DNA of 64,000 nt. Origin: Vulcanimicrobiota bacterium (GTDB lineage: Bacteria > Vulcanimicrobiota > Vulcanimicrobiia > Vulcanimicrobiales > Vulcanimicrobiaceae). Location: NCBI GenBank assembly GCA_019241305.1, contig JAFAXE010000075.1, forward strand, positions 6,865-70,864, given 5' to 3'. A program made the position numbers and the translations under genes. Below, one piece after another: positions 18,764 through 27,791 of the stretch (position 1 is the first letter of the stretch; each line of letters opens with the position of its first letter). Under the pieces are notes generated by a model. The model had not been told where the DNA came from and did not search any database. It saw only the letters and a list, made by a program, of their open reading frames with translations.

Positions 18764-19888
18764 ATGAAGACCGCTCCACGCACAGCGCTCCGGCGGTATA
18801 GCCGCCATTTGCTCATCCCAGAAGTGGGGCTCGAAGGGCAAAACCGTTTGCTGGCCGCGCGCATCCTCGTGGTCGGTGCAGGTGGACTCGGTTCACCCGT
18901 CCTGCAATATCTTGCCGCTGCCGGCGTCGGACGGATCGGAATCGTCGACGATGATGAGGTCGACGAGACCAACTTGCAGCGTCAGGTCGTCTACGCCGAC
19001 GACGATGTGGGGCGGTCCAAAGCGGTCGCCGCGGCCGACCGTCTGCGCGCCATGAATCCGAGCGTCGCCGTCGATGCCTTTCCGCTTCGCTTCGATGCTA
19101 CGAACGCACGCGAACTCGTGCGCGCCTACGACGTCGTCGTGGACGGAACCGATAACTTCGGTTCTCGCTATCTGATCAACGATGCGTGCCGGCTTGAGGG
19201 TAAGCCCGACGTCTTCGGTTCGATCTTTCGCTTCGACGGACAGATCTCGGTCTTTGCAGCAGATGGTCCCTGTTACCGCTGTCTCTTCCCGGAGGCTCCC
19301 CCGGAAGGGGCCGTGCCAACGTGCGCCGAGGGCGGCGTGCTGGGCGTCTTAGCGGGCATGGTAGGAACGTGGCAGGCAAACGAAGCGCTCAAGCTCGTCC
19401 TCGGAATCGGGAGCCCGCTCGTCGGCCGGCTTGCGCTGCTCGATGCGCTCCAAGCGCGCGTGCGCGAGTTTGATGTCCTGCGCGACTCCATGTGTGCGCT
19501 GTGCGGTGACCATCCCGCGATCAGCGATGTTGCGCCAGAACCGCCCAGAGGAACGGTCGCGCCGCGCAGCGATGTCCCGGAGATCGCTGCAGCACAGCTC
19601 GACACGTTTCTGGACGAGCATCCGCAGGCACGCGTTCTTGACGTCCGGGAGCCGCATGAGGCCGTACTCGGCACGTTGCCGCGTACGCTCGCGGTCCCCG
19701 CATCGGTTTTCGAAGAGCGTCTGCACGAACTCGACAGCGCGACGCCTTACGTCGTCGCCTGCCGGGTCGGCGCGAAATCGCGTTGGGCCGCACAGCGTCT
19801 CTGGGACGCCGGTTTTCGGCGCGTCCATCATCTCGAGGGCGGCCTGTTAGCGTACGCTGCGAACGCCGCCGCATTCGACGTCTTCTGA
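18764..19888 (+). CDS. moeB: MoeB/ThiF-family adenylyltransferase with C-terminal rhodanese domain (MoeZ-like)
   Basis: RYSRHLLIPEVGLEGQ, Rossmann VVGAGGLGSPVLQYLAAAGVG, Zn-site CxxC pairs (CYRC, CALC) and a rhodanese active-site-like YVVACRVGAKS. Confidence 0.88.
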   Translation: MKTAPRTALRRYSRHLLIPEVGLEGQNRLLAARILVVGAGGLGSPVLQYLAAAGVGRIGIVDDDEVDETNLQRQVVYADDDVGRSKAVAAADRLRAMNPSVAVDAFPLRFDATNARELVRAYDVVVDGTDNFGSRYLINDACRLEGKPDVFGSIFRFDGQISVFAADGPCYRCLFPEAPPEGAVPTCAEGGVLGVLAGMVGTWQANEALKLVLGIGSPLVGRLALLDALQARVREFDVLRDSMCALCGDHPAISDVAPEPPRGTVAPRSDVPEIAAAQLDTFLDEHPQARVLDVREPHEAVLGTLPRTLAVPASVFEERLHELDSATPYVVACRVGAKSRWAAQRLWDAGFRRVHHLEGGLLAYAANAAAFDVF

Positions 19889-20400
19889 TGATCGACGTCA
19901 TCCCGAGCGCGGTTTTCCCCGACGTCCGCCTCTACGTCCCTGAGGTCTTTCTGGACGGCCGCGGGTATTTCAAAGAGACGTTTTCCCGACGAAAGTATGC
20001 AGCCTTGGGGATGCAGGACGACTGGGTGCAGGACAGCGTCTCGCATTCGCGGCGCAACGTCATCCGCGGCATGCACATCGACGACCGGATGGCCAAGCTC
20101 GTTCAGGCGCTCAAGGGGACGATCTACGACGTCGTCGTCGATGCGCGCGAAAACTCGCCGACGTTCCGCCGCTGGGAAGCGTTTACGCTGAGCGACGGCA
20201 ACCATCACCAGCTCTACGTCCCGGCCGGTTTTGCGCATGGGTTTCTTGCACAAAGCGACGAGGTCATCGTCATGTATAAGGTGAGTGCGCACTACGATCC
20301 AGCGTTCGAGCGCGGGATGCGTTGGAACGATCCTGCGGTCGGCATCGACTGGCCGCTCGACGGTGAGCCGATCCTTTCCGCAAAAGACGCGGCGCTGTGA
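19888..20400 (+). CDS. rfbC: dTDP-4-dehydrorhamnose 3,5-epimerase
   Basis: ATG 19888 shares one base with the moeB stop (TGATG). DGRGYFKETF, IRGMH and HQLYVPAGFAHGF motifs. Confidence 0.88.
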   Translation: MIDVIPSAVFPDVRLYVPEVFLDGRGYFKETFSRRKYAALGMQDDWVQDSVSHSRRNVIRGMHIDDRMAKLVQALKGTIYDVVVDARENSPTFRRWEAFTLSDGNHHQLYVPAGFAHGFLAQSDEVIVMYKVSAHYDPAFERGMRWNDPAVGIDWPLDGEPILSAKDAAL

Positions 20401-21251
20401 GAACGCGCCCGTTCGGCTCGACGGACCGCAGCGTCGCGCTGATCGGACAAGGCACGTGGAACATTCCTACCAGTGGACGCGCCGCGCAGGACGCGGTCGG
20501 CGCCTTACGGATGGGGATCGAGCTGGGGCTCACGCACATTGATACGGCCGAAATGTATGGCTCCGGTGGGGCCGAGGAGATCGTTGCAGACGCGATCGCC
20601 GGTCTGCCGCGCGATGCGCTCTTCATCGTCAGCAAAGTGCTTCCGTCGAATGCCGGCTACGCGGGCACGATTCGGGCGTGTGAACAGAGCCTGCAGCGGC
20701 TGGGAACGGATTACCTTGATTGTTACCTGTTACATTGGCGCGCTGGCCGGCCTTTGAGCGAGACGATGCGCGCCCTGGAGAAGCTCGCCGACGATGGTAA
20801 GATCCGTTCGCTTGGAGTGAGCAATTTCGATGTGGAGGATCTGGAGGAGGCGTCTTCTCATTTGCGCCGCCATCCCATCGCCTGTAACCAGGTTTTGTAT
20901 CACCTCGGCGAGCGCGGGATCGAACGGCGGCTCTTGCCGTACTGCCAACAGCACCGCATCGCGCTCGTCGGCTATAGCCCTTTCGGATCGGGAGACTTCC
21001 CGACGCCGCGCTCCGTGGCCGGCCGCGTGCTCGCAACGTTCGCCGAGCGATACGGCGTCAGCGCCCACGCCGTGGCGCTTGCCTTCTTAACGCGCCTCGA
21101 GGGGACGTTCACGATTCCGAAGGCGGCGAGGGTCGAACACGTTCGCGAGAACGCTGCGTCCGCGAACCTCGTTCTGGACGACGACGCGACGGACGCGATT
21201 GGGACAGCCTTTCCGTTGCCGGACGCGAATGCGCCGCTCGCGATGCTATGA
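20397..21251 (+). CDS. Aldo/keto reductase
   Basis: GTGA overlap with rfbC. IDTAEMYG, YLLHW and LGVSNF signatures. Confidence 0.9.
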   Translation: MRTRPFGSTDRSVALIGQGTWNIPTSGRAAQDAVGALRMGIELGLTHIDTAEMYGSGGAEEIVADAIAGLPRDALFIVSKVLPSNAGYAGTIRACEQSLQRLGTDYLDCYLLHWRAGRPLSETMRALEKLADDGKIRSLGVSNFDVEDLEEASSHLRRHPIACNQVLYHLGERGIERRLLPYCQQHRIALVGYSPFGSGDFPTPRSVAGRVLATFAERYGVSAHAVALAFLTRLEGTFTIPKAARVEHVRENAASANLVLDDDATDAIGTAFPLPDANAPLAML

Positions 21252-22405
21252 CGGTGCCTGCGGAGACACAACTCAAGGCTCGCATCCTGGAGGTGGCCCG
21301 CGCTGGCGGCGCGGGCGCCGTGCGCGTGTGCTCCGCCGAAGATGACGCCCTCACGCGGGAACGCTTTGCCGCCGCGACCGAACGCGGAGACCTCGCGACA
21401 TGGCCCTACGATCGGGCGTACGCGGCGCGCGCCGCGTCCCCGCACGCACTGCTGCCGGGGGCGCGTTCCGTCATCTGCATCGCCGTTCCGTTCGCTACGG
21501 CCGAGCTGAAGAATGCTCCACCCCGCGCCGCGACTCGTCCGCTCTCAGCAAAGATCTCGAACTATGCGTGGGGCGCCGATTACCACGGCGTCGTTCGTCG
21601 CGTGCTGGAGGCGATTAGCGCCGAGCTCGACGGTTTCGCACGCGATGAGGTATCGCGCGTCGTGTGCGATACCGCCGTGTTGGCGGAACGCGCGTTTGCA
21701 GCCCGCGCGGGTCTTGGCTGGATCGGAAAACACACGAATCTCATTGCGCCGCAGCTCGGATCGTACGTGTTCCTGGGAGAGGTTGTGACGTCGCTCGCGT
21801 TGTCGCCGGACCCGCCACTCAAGAAAACGTGCGGCTCGTGTCGCCGCTGTGTCGTCGCTTGCCCCACGGGCGCCTTGCGCGGCGATTACACGATGGACTC
21901 GACCCGTTGCATCTCCGATTTGACGCAGCGGCGGGACGCAATTCCGTTGGAATTGCGGCCGCTGATCGGGGATTGGTTTTGGGGCTGCGACCTGTGTCAG
22001 GAGGTCTGCCCGCCGACACGGCGCGCACGGGCAACGCTGCCGCGTGAATTTGGCGCGCGCACTCCGCAAGAGACGTTTGTCGATCTCTCCCTGATGCTCA
22101 GCGGCAGTTCGCGTTCGTTACGGACACGGTACCGCAAATCGGCGATGGGGTGGCGCGGTCCAGTCGTCCTGCGCCGTAACGCAGCGGTCGGCTTAGGGAA
22201 CAGTCTTGACAGAGCGGCCGTCCCGGCGCTGCGTGAAGCGCTGCGGAACGATCCTTCGGCGGTGGTCCGCCGGCACGTGGCATGGGCGCTCGGCCGCATC
22301 GGGTCACCCGCGGCACTCCATGCGCTGTCCCAGGCGGCTGTGCTAGAACGCTCTCATGACGTCCAAACGGAGATCGGCTTCGCCTTGGAACCCTACACCG
22401 CATAG
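21248..22405 (+). CDS. queG: tRNA epoxyqueuosine(34) reductase QueG
   Basis: ATGA overlap with the upstream gene. Two 4Fe-4S motifs CGSCRRCVVACP and CDLCQEVCPP. C-terminal HEAT-like repeat VVRRHVAWALGRIG. Confidence 0.88.
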   Translation: MTVPAETQLKARILEVARAGGAGAVRVCSAEDDALTRERFAAATERGDLATWPYDRAYAARAASPHALLPGARSVICIAVPFATAELKNAPPRAATRPLSAKISNYAWGADYHGVVRRVLEAISAELDGFARDEVSRVVCDTAVLAERAFAARAGLGWIGKHTNLIAPQLGSYVFLGEVVTSLALSPDPPLKKTCGSCRRCVVACPTGALRGDYTMDSTRCISDLTQRRDAIPLELRPLIGDWFWGCDLCQEVCPPTRRARATLPREFGARTPQETFVDLSLMLSGSSRSLRTRYRKSAMGWRGPVVLRRNAAVGLGNSLDRAAVPALREALRNDPSAVVRRHVAWALGRIGSPAALHALSQAAVLERSHDVQTEIGFALEPYTA

Positions 22406-22432
22406 GACGCGTTTGAACCGCGGAGGTTTACG

Positions 22433-23074
22433 ATGAAACGGCTTTTGCAGTTGACCGCCATCTCGCTCGGAGCACTCTCGGCCGCATCGCCGCTCGCCGC
22501 GACGGCAGAGGGTCAGCAGAGCGGCGACCTGTTCCACCGCATGACTCAGGTCAACGCGCATCTGCGCAGTTACAAGGCCGACCTGCACGCTGACGTCGCG
22601 CTCAAGACCTTCCCGTATCTCAGTCCGAGCCTCGACGGCAACGTCTATTACAAACAGCCCGACAAACAAGCCGTCGTGTTCGACACCGTGCCGGCGCTTG
22701 CGGCGCAGTTCAAAAAGGTTTACCCGCGGCTCGAACCGCCGTCGCAGTGGCCGTCGCTCTATTCGATGTCGACGCTCGGCGATCAAAACGGCATCACGAC
22801 ATTTCGGCTCGTCCCCAGAAAGCATGGCCGCGTGCAACATCTCGACGTGCGGACCGACGATTCTACGGCGACGATCAAGAGCATGACGTGGACGTACGAA
22901 GACGGCGGCTACGTCACGTTCGACGAGACGCTGCAGAAGCAGAACAATAACTACCTCATCAAGACGATGAACGGTCACGTGGAATTGCCGGCGTACAAGG
23001 CCGACGTCGTCCTGGCGTACTCGAACTACAAGTTGAACGTCCCCGTCTCGGATAGCGTCTTCTCGGAGAAGTAA
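22433..23074 (+). CDS. Secreted protein of unknown function (LolA-like fold suspected)
   Basis: GGAGG upstream, signal peptide MKRLLQLTAISLGALSAASPLAA, and beta-rich composition. The family call is tentative. Confidence 0.55.
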   Translation: MKRLLQLTAISLGALSAASPLAATAEGQQSGDLFHRMTQVNAHLRSYKADLHADVALKTFPYLSPSLDGNVYYKQPDKQAVVFDTVPALAAQFKKVYPRLEPPSQWPSLYSMSTLGDQNGITTFRLVPRKHGRVQHLDVRTDDSTATIKSMTWTYEDGGYVTFDETLQKQNNNYLIKTMNGHVELPAYKADVVLAYSNYKLNVPVSDSVFSEK

Positions 23075-23108
23075 CGGGCGACGCCCGTGCACGGGCCTCT
23101 GCGCCATT

Positions 23109-24161
23109 GTGGCGAAAGAAGCTCCAGTGGCTGTCGAGACGATTGACCTCCTGAAGGCGCCCCCCGAAGGGCGTGGGCCGCTCATGGACGCTTTCAGACG
23201 GCCGATCACATACTTGCGGATCTCGGTGACGGACCGTTGCAACCTGCGGTGCGTCTACTGTATGCCTGAGTCCGGTTTGCCGTGGATACCCAAGCGTGAG
23301 ATCCTGACGTACGAAGAGATCGTCCGCATCGTGGAAGGTGCGGCATCGGTCGGCGTACGCAGCATCCGTCTCACGGGCGGGGAGCCGCTCATCCGGCGCG
23401 ATTTGAGCGCTCTGGTGGCGCAGCTCGCTGCCATCGCCGGCATCGACGACATCGCACTCTCCACCAACGGGCTCCTGTTAGAGGAGCAAATCTGCGGACT
23501 GGCGGCATCGGGGTTACGCCGCGTAAACGTGTCGCTGGATACGCTGCGTGAAGACCGTTTCAGCGCGATTGCGCGCCGTCCAGGACTGTCGCGCGTCCTC
23601 GGAGGGATCGACGCCGCTATCGCCGCCGGACTTTCGCCGGTAAAACTCAATTGCGTCGTCATGCGCAATCAAAACGACGACGAACTCGACGCCTTCGCGG
23701 AGCTGACGCGCGATCGACCCTTATACGTTCGTTTTATCGAGCTGATGCCGGTGGAGGAGAACGTCGCACTGCAGCGCGACGCCTACGTGTCGGCAGACGA
23801 GATGCTGGAACGCATCGGAAAAAATGGGAAGTTGCTGCCGGTGACCGGCCCCGGAGGTAATGGCCCCGCGCGATATTATGCGTTCGCGGGAGCCGCCGGA
23901 GCGGTAGGCGTGATCAGTCCGCTTTCGCATGACTACTGCGAGCGGTGCAACCGCGTGCGGCTTTCCGCAGACGGGCGCCTGCGGTTATGCCTGTTCGGCG
24001 ATCATGCGATCGATGTGCGTACTCCGACCCGGGCGGGTGCGTCGCGCGAAGAGATCGCTGCAATTTTTCGTGGGGCGATGGTCATCAAACCGGAACGGCA
24101 CCATCTCGTCCTGGGAGAGACCGCCAGCGCCATGCGGGCCTTTTCGGAGATCGGCGGCTAG
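23109..24161 (+). CDS. moaA: GTP 3',8-cyclase MoaA (radical SAM)
   Basis: CNLRCVYC radical-SAM cluster motif, GGEPL, and the C-terminal cluster CERCNRVRLSADGRLRLC. The start may be ATG ~23184. Confidence 0.92.
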   Translation: MAKEAPVAVETIDLLKAPPEGRGPLMDAFRRPITYLRISVTDRCNLRCVYCMPESGLPWIPKREILTYEEIVRIVEGAASVGVRSIRLTGGEPLIRRDLSALVAQLAAIAGIDDIALSTNGLLLEEQICGLAASGLRRVNVSLDTLREDRFSAIARRPGLSRVLGGIDAAIAAGLSPVKLNCVVMRNQNDDELDAFAELTRDRPLYVRFIELMPVEENVALQRDAYVSADEMLERIGKNGKLLPVTGPGGNGPARYYAFAGAAGAVGVISPLSHDYCERCNRVRLSADGRLRLCLFGDHAIDVRTPTRAGASREEIAAIFRGAMVIKPERHHLVLGETASAMRAFSEIGG

Positions 24162-24214
24162 CCGGCGTCACGATCGCAGCGTGCGGTGCGTTTGAAGAGA
24201 GAAGGAAGTTCGCC

Positions 24215-24739
24215 GTGATTGGTCAGGTGCAGGTCCTCGGTCTCGACCGCACCCTCGACGCGCAATACCGCATCGAGCGCCTCGTGCTGGAGCATCAGAG
24301 CCGCCTCGCGCGCTACCTGCGCCGCTTCGTCGGCGACCGCGACGTCGCGCTCGACCTGACGCAAGAGGTCTTTCTGTCGGCGTATCGCGTACTGTGCGCC
24401 GATCCGGCTCGGCCGCTCACCGCGGGCTGGCTCTACAAGGTGGCAACGAATCGTGCCATCTCGTATCTGCGCCGCCGAAAACGCTCCCCTGAGGTTGCGA
24501 CGCCGATCGAAGCGGCGGCTCCGTTCCGGCTCGATGAACGGTCCGCGATCTCGCTCGACGTTCAATCGGCGTTAGCAGGGTTGGGCCGCGAGCAACTCGC
24601 TTGCGTCTTGCTGACGATGTACGCAGGGTATTCATCGCAAGAGGCAGCTGCCATCTTGAGCATTTCTCCCGAAGCGGTGCGGCAGCGCGTGTGCCGCGCG
24701 GTGCGCTCCATGCGACGCACGCTCGAGGTACCCGCGTGA
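24215..24739 (+). CDS. ECF-type RNA polymerase sigma-70 family factor
   Basis: GTG 24215 is preceded by GAAGGAAG. Region 2 DLTQEVFLSAYR and region 4 HTH YSSQEAAAILSISPEAVRQRVCRAVRSM. Confidence 0.85.
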   Translation: MIGQVQVLGLDRTLDAQYRIERLVLEHQSRLARYLRRFVGDRDVALDLTQEVFLSAYRVLCADPARPLTAGWLYKVATNRAISYLRRRKRSPEVATPIEAAAPFRLDERSAISLDVQSALAGLGREQLACVLLTMYAGYSSQEAAAILSISPEAVRQRVCRAVRSMRRTLEVPA

Positions 24740-25242
24740 GTTCGAATCATGCGCGCTTCGAAGCGGTCGCAGGCGCGATCGCTTTGGGTGAGGCGTCGCC
24801 CAGCGAGCATGCGATCTTTTCCGCGCACGCGCAAAACTGTTCACGCTGTGCCGGCCTGGAACGAGCTGGTCCGAGCGTCGCGTCGTTCGTGCACACCGCG
24901 TTGCATGAGGAAACGTGGCGGCCGTTCGTTCGCGAGGCGGTAATTTCCGGAATCGAGTCGCTGCACGTCGCCTCCGGACGACGCACGGCTTTGTGGATTT
25001 GCACGGCCGTCTGCGTGACGCTCTTTCTCAATCTCGTCCTCGCAGCGCACGTTGGTCTGCCTTCGAAAGCGAGCACCACGTCTCTCGCGCGAACAAGTCC
25101 CAGGCAGAACCTGGTGGCGCGAATGCCGCAAGTCCGGCGCCACCCGCCGAGGGCGGCTGACTTGGCGGTGCTGCGGGCCACACAGACGCGCCTCAAGCCG
25201 GCGCTCGACGTCGAGCGGGAACGAGCGTTTCAGCGAGAGTAA
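24736..25242 (+). CDS. Anti-sigma factor with ZAS (HxxxCxxC) motif and one TM helix
   Basis: GTGA overlap with the sigma-factor stop. HAQNCSRC fits H-x3-C-x2-C. TM segment LWICTAVCVTLFLNLVLAA. Confidence 0.65.
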   Translation: MSSNHARFEAVAGAIALGEASPSEHAIFSAHAQNCSRCAGLERAGPSVASFVHTALHEETWRPFVREAVISGIESLHVASGRRTALWICTAVCVTLFLNLVLAAHVGLPSKASTTSLARTSPRQNLVARMPQVRRHPPRAADLAVLRATQTRLKPALDVERERAFQRE

Positions 25243-25262
25243 AGCCGGGCATCGATGCTCGA

Positions 25263-25661
25263 GTGAGGGCCATTCGCGTGAAAAAGGTTGGGACGATCAT
25301 CCTGCTTGCAGCCGCGTGCGGTCTGGCAGCGGCCGGCTGCTCCAAGAACTCCTCGAGCCAAAGCTCGACGTCCACGACGACTGCGGCTTCGCCCGGCGCA
25401 ATGAGTAATATGGCAGCGCCTGCCGGTGGCGACGCTGCGCGCGGCAAGCAGCTCTTCACCCAGAACTGCGCGACATGCCATGGTGCGACGGGTACCGAGG
25501 GAGGCGTGGGACCGAGTCTGCGCAACGAGAAGTCGCGCAAGAACATGTCCCAAGCGATCGCCTGGATCAAGAATCCGAAGCCGCCGATGCCGAAGCTCTA
25601 TCCGTCACCGCTCTCGGAAAAAGATGTGACGGATCTTGCCGCATACGTCGAGACGCTGTAG
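25263..25661 (+). CDS. Class I c-type cytochrome, probable lipoprotein
   Basis: Lipobox-like LAAAGCS, heme motif CATCHG and distal Met region KPPMPKLY. 132 aa. Confidence 0.85.
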   Translation: MRAIRVKKVGTIILLAAACGLAAAGCSKNSSSQSSTSTTTAASPGAMSNMAAPAGGDAARGKQLFTQNCATCHGATGTEGGVGPSLRNEKSRKNMSQAIAWIKNPKPPMPKLYPSPLSEKDVTDLAAYVETL

Positions 25662-25795
25662 AGTCGCCGTCGTCGTAACAGCGATCTAGGAAGACTCGCT
25701 CGCCGGCCCTGTTCCTTTTCCGGCGGGACCTGCGGCTCCGCGATCATGCCGGGCTGGCGGCGGCAGCACGCTTTGGGCACATCATCCCGGCGTAT

Positions 25796-27169
25796 GTGCT
25801 CGATCGCGAAGACGCTGAGCGCTTACGGCGCTCGCCGAAGCGCGCCTCGTTCTTTTGTGCAGCGCTTTCGTCGCTTGCTGCAGAGCTCCGCAGCCGCGGC
25901 TCTGGGCTCGTCATCCGACGGGGCTCTCTTCGGCAAACGGTGACGCGACTCGCGCGCGAAGCGCAGGTCGATGCGGTCGTCTGGAGTTGGGGCTACGACG
26001 GCAGTCTCATCGAGCGTCACCGTGAGCTGCAACGCGCCGTCGAGGAAGCCGGCCTGCGCGCGGTGCTGTTGCACGATGCACCTGCACTTTCACCGGAGGA
26101 CGCGAAACCTGCACGAGCCGAGGGGGACGGCTATCGCGCCTTTGCGCCGTATCTCGCCGCCTGGCGGCAGCACGCGCCCAGCGTGGTCGTTTCTCGCCTC
26201 ACCTTCGCCAACTCCGTCCCACCGAGTGAGGCTATCCCGATCCCAGCGGAGTTCGGCTCCGCTGCGGAGCAGGCGCTGAAGCCGGCGGTTGCAACGGCGT
26301 CGGAAGACGCAGCGGCCCATGTGCTCGCCGCGTTTCTCCGCGGGCCGGCGCTCGCGTATGCGACGCATCGCAACGTGCCGGCGCTAGCAACGTCCCGCCT
26401 TTCTGCGCACCTATCGTTTGGGACGATCTCCGCCAGGACGATCCTCGCGGCCGTCGCCGAACGGGCGGCAGATCCATTTTTGTTAGCGGAAGAACGGCTC
26501 TCGCTCGATCGTTTTGTCGCCGCGCTTGCGCGTCGCGATTTCTTCTTTCAATTGGCGTGGTTCTATCCGCATTCCGCGCGGGAACCATTGCAGGAACGGA
26601 TGCGCGCTTTTCGGTTCGCGCGCAGCCATCGTGCGCTGGAGGCGTGGCGCCGCGGAATGACGGGGTATCCACTGGTCGATGCCGGGATCCGCGAACTCAT
26701 CGCAACCGGAACGATGCATCCGCGAGCGCGCGCCGTCGCGGCGTCCTTCTTATGCTTCGATTTGGGAGTGGAGTGGCGCACCGGACAGGACGTCTGGGAT
26801 CACCTGCTCGTCGAAGACGATCCCGCGCTCGCCACCGGAAACTGGCAATGGATTGCCGGTGTCGGCGCCGATCTCGCTCAGTACCCCCGTATCTACAATC
26901 CACGCAAACAAGCGCGCCGCCTCGACCCTTCGGGAACCTACATCCGCCACTGGATTCCGGAGCTCGCGTCACTACCGCCCGCAGAACTGTTCGAGCCCGA
27001 TCGCGCGCAGCAACGGGCGCAACTCGCGTTACCGCTAGGGGGCACGTTGCAGTATCCGCCTCCGATCATCGATCACGATGCGGTCGCCCGCCAATTTTTG
27101 GCGCGTTACAGCGAGTTTACGCGGCGCTCTGCCGGTCGGTGGGCCAGCGCTGATCGAGCCAGTCGCTGA
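25796..27169 (+). CDS. phr: Deoxyribodipyrimidine photolyase (cryptochrome/photolyase family)
   Basis: TSRLSAHLSFGTIS, WRRGMTGYPLVDAGIRELIATGTMHPRARAVAASFL and GNWQWIAGVGAD. GTG 25796 is the first canonical start, but the conserved LFLFRRDLRLRDHAGL block is encoded in frame upstream. The likely true start is CTG 25709; see findings. Confidence 0.88.
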   Translation: MLDREDAERLRRSPKRASFFCAALSSLAAELRSRGSGLVIRRGSLRQTVTRLAREAQVDAVVWSWGYDGSLIERHRELQRAVEEAGLRAVLLHDAPALSPEDAKPARAEGDGYRAFAPYLAAWRQHAPSVVVSRLTFANSVPPSEAIPIPAEFGSAAEQALKPAVATASEDAAAHVLAAFLRGPALAYATHRNVPALATSRLSAHLSFGTISARTILAAVAERAADPFLLAEERLSLDRFVAALARRDFFFQLAWFYPHSAREPLQERMRAFRFARSHRALEAWRRGMTGYPLVDAGIRELIATGTMHPRARAVAASFLCFDLGVEWRTGQDVWDHLLVEDDPALATGNWQWIAGVGADLAQYPRIYNPRKQARRLDPSGTYIRHWIPELASLPPAELFEPDRAQQRAQLALPLGGTLQYPPPIIDHDAVARQFLARYSEFTRRSAGRWASADRASR

Positions 27170-27746
27170 TGATGGGAACGCGGACGTCCTCTCCGTGCCA
27201 GGCTTTGAATCCATACACCACGCTCGCAACCATGTAGATTGGGACGAGCAACCAAATGAGCGGCCACGCAGAAAGTCCCAGGATGGGAATATGCACGAGC
27301 GCCGCGAGCGCAAGCCACAGTCCGGTGAAGCCGAAGCTGAACGCAATGGACTGTACCGCTTGTCGCCGCACGTAGGGCGTGCGCTTCGGATCGAGCAGCG
27401 CAACCGCAGCGAGCGGCCAAAAGGGGTATCCGAGAGCGACGAGGGCGCGCGTTTCAGGAGAAACGGTCGACACGGCGGTGGTCCTTTCGTGGTAGGGTCG
27501 CGCACTGGTTCCGGCTGGGCCGGCTGCTCCGCCGGCTTGCTCCTGACTCCACTCACGCCCGGGACCCGGGCCGTGACGCACGCCACCGGGTAGTTCACCT
27601 CGGCTCGCTGCAGCAGCATCGATGCGTTCGCCGAGACGGCAACTGGGACACGTCCCGACCGCGTCGCGGCACGTTGCACAGATCGGCCGCGAACAGTCGC
27701 GGCAGCGCGTTACTGACGGAACGTTGGAGTGAAAGAAGCAGTCCAC
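27117..27746 (-). CDS. B-box-type zinc-finger / DUF4870-like membrane protein
   Basis: N-terminal Cys-rich CFFHSN..CRDCSRPICATCRD..CPSC, a low-complexity linker and three TM helices. The 3' end overlaps the photolyase 3' end by 53 nt. Confidence 0.7.
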   Translation of the reverse strand: MDCFFHSNVPSVTRCRDCSRPICATCRDAVGTCPSCRLGERIDAAAASRGELPGGVRHGPGPGREWSQEQAGGAAGPAGTSARPYHERTTAVSTVSPETRALVALGYPFWPLAAVALLDPKRTPYVRRQAVQSIAFSFGFTGLWLALAALVHIPILGLSAWPLIWLLVPIYMVASVVYGFKAWHGEDVRVPIISDWLDQRWPTDRQSAA

Positions 27747-27791
27747 GGCCTGAACCTCCGAAGCACGACCACGTAAGTCTACCGGATCGGT

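Noticed and set aside
23075-23183. Possible Moco riboswitch upstream of moaA
   Set aside because: The gap is too short if GTG 23109 is used, and I could not recognise the conserved Moco-motif core. Only a short GGGCG/CGCCC hairpin follows the upstream stop.
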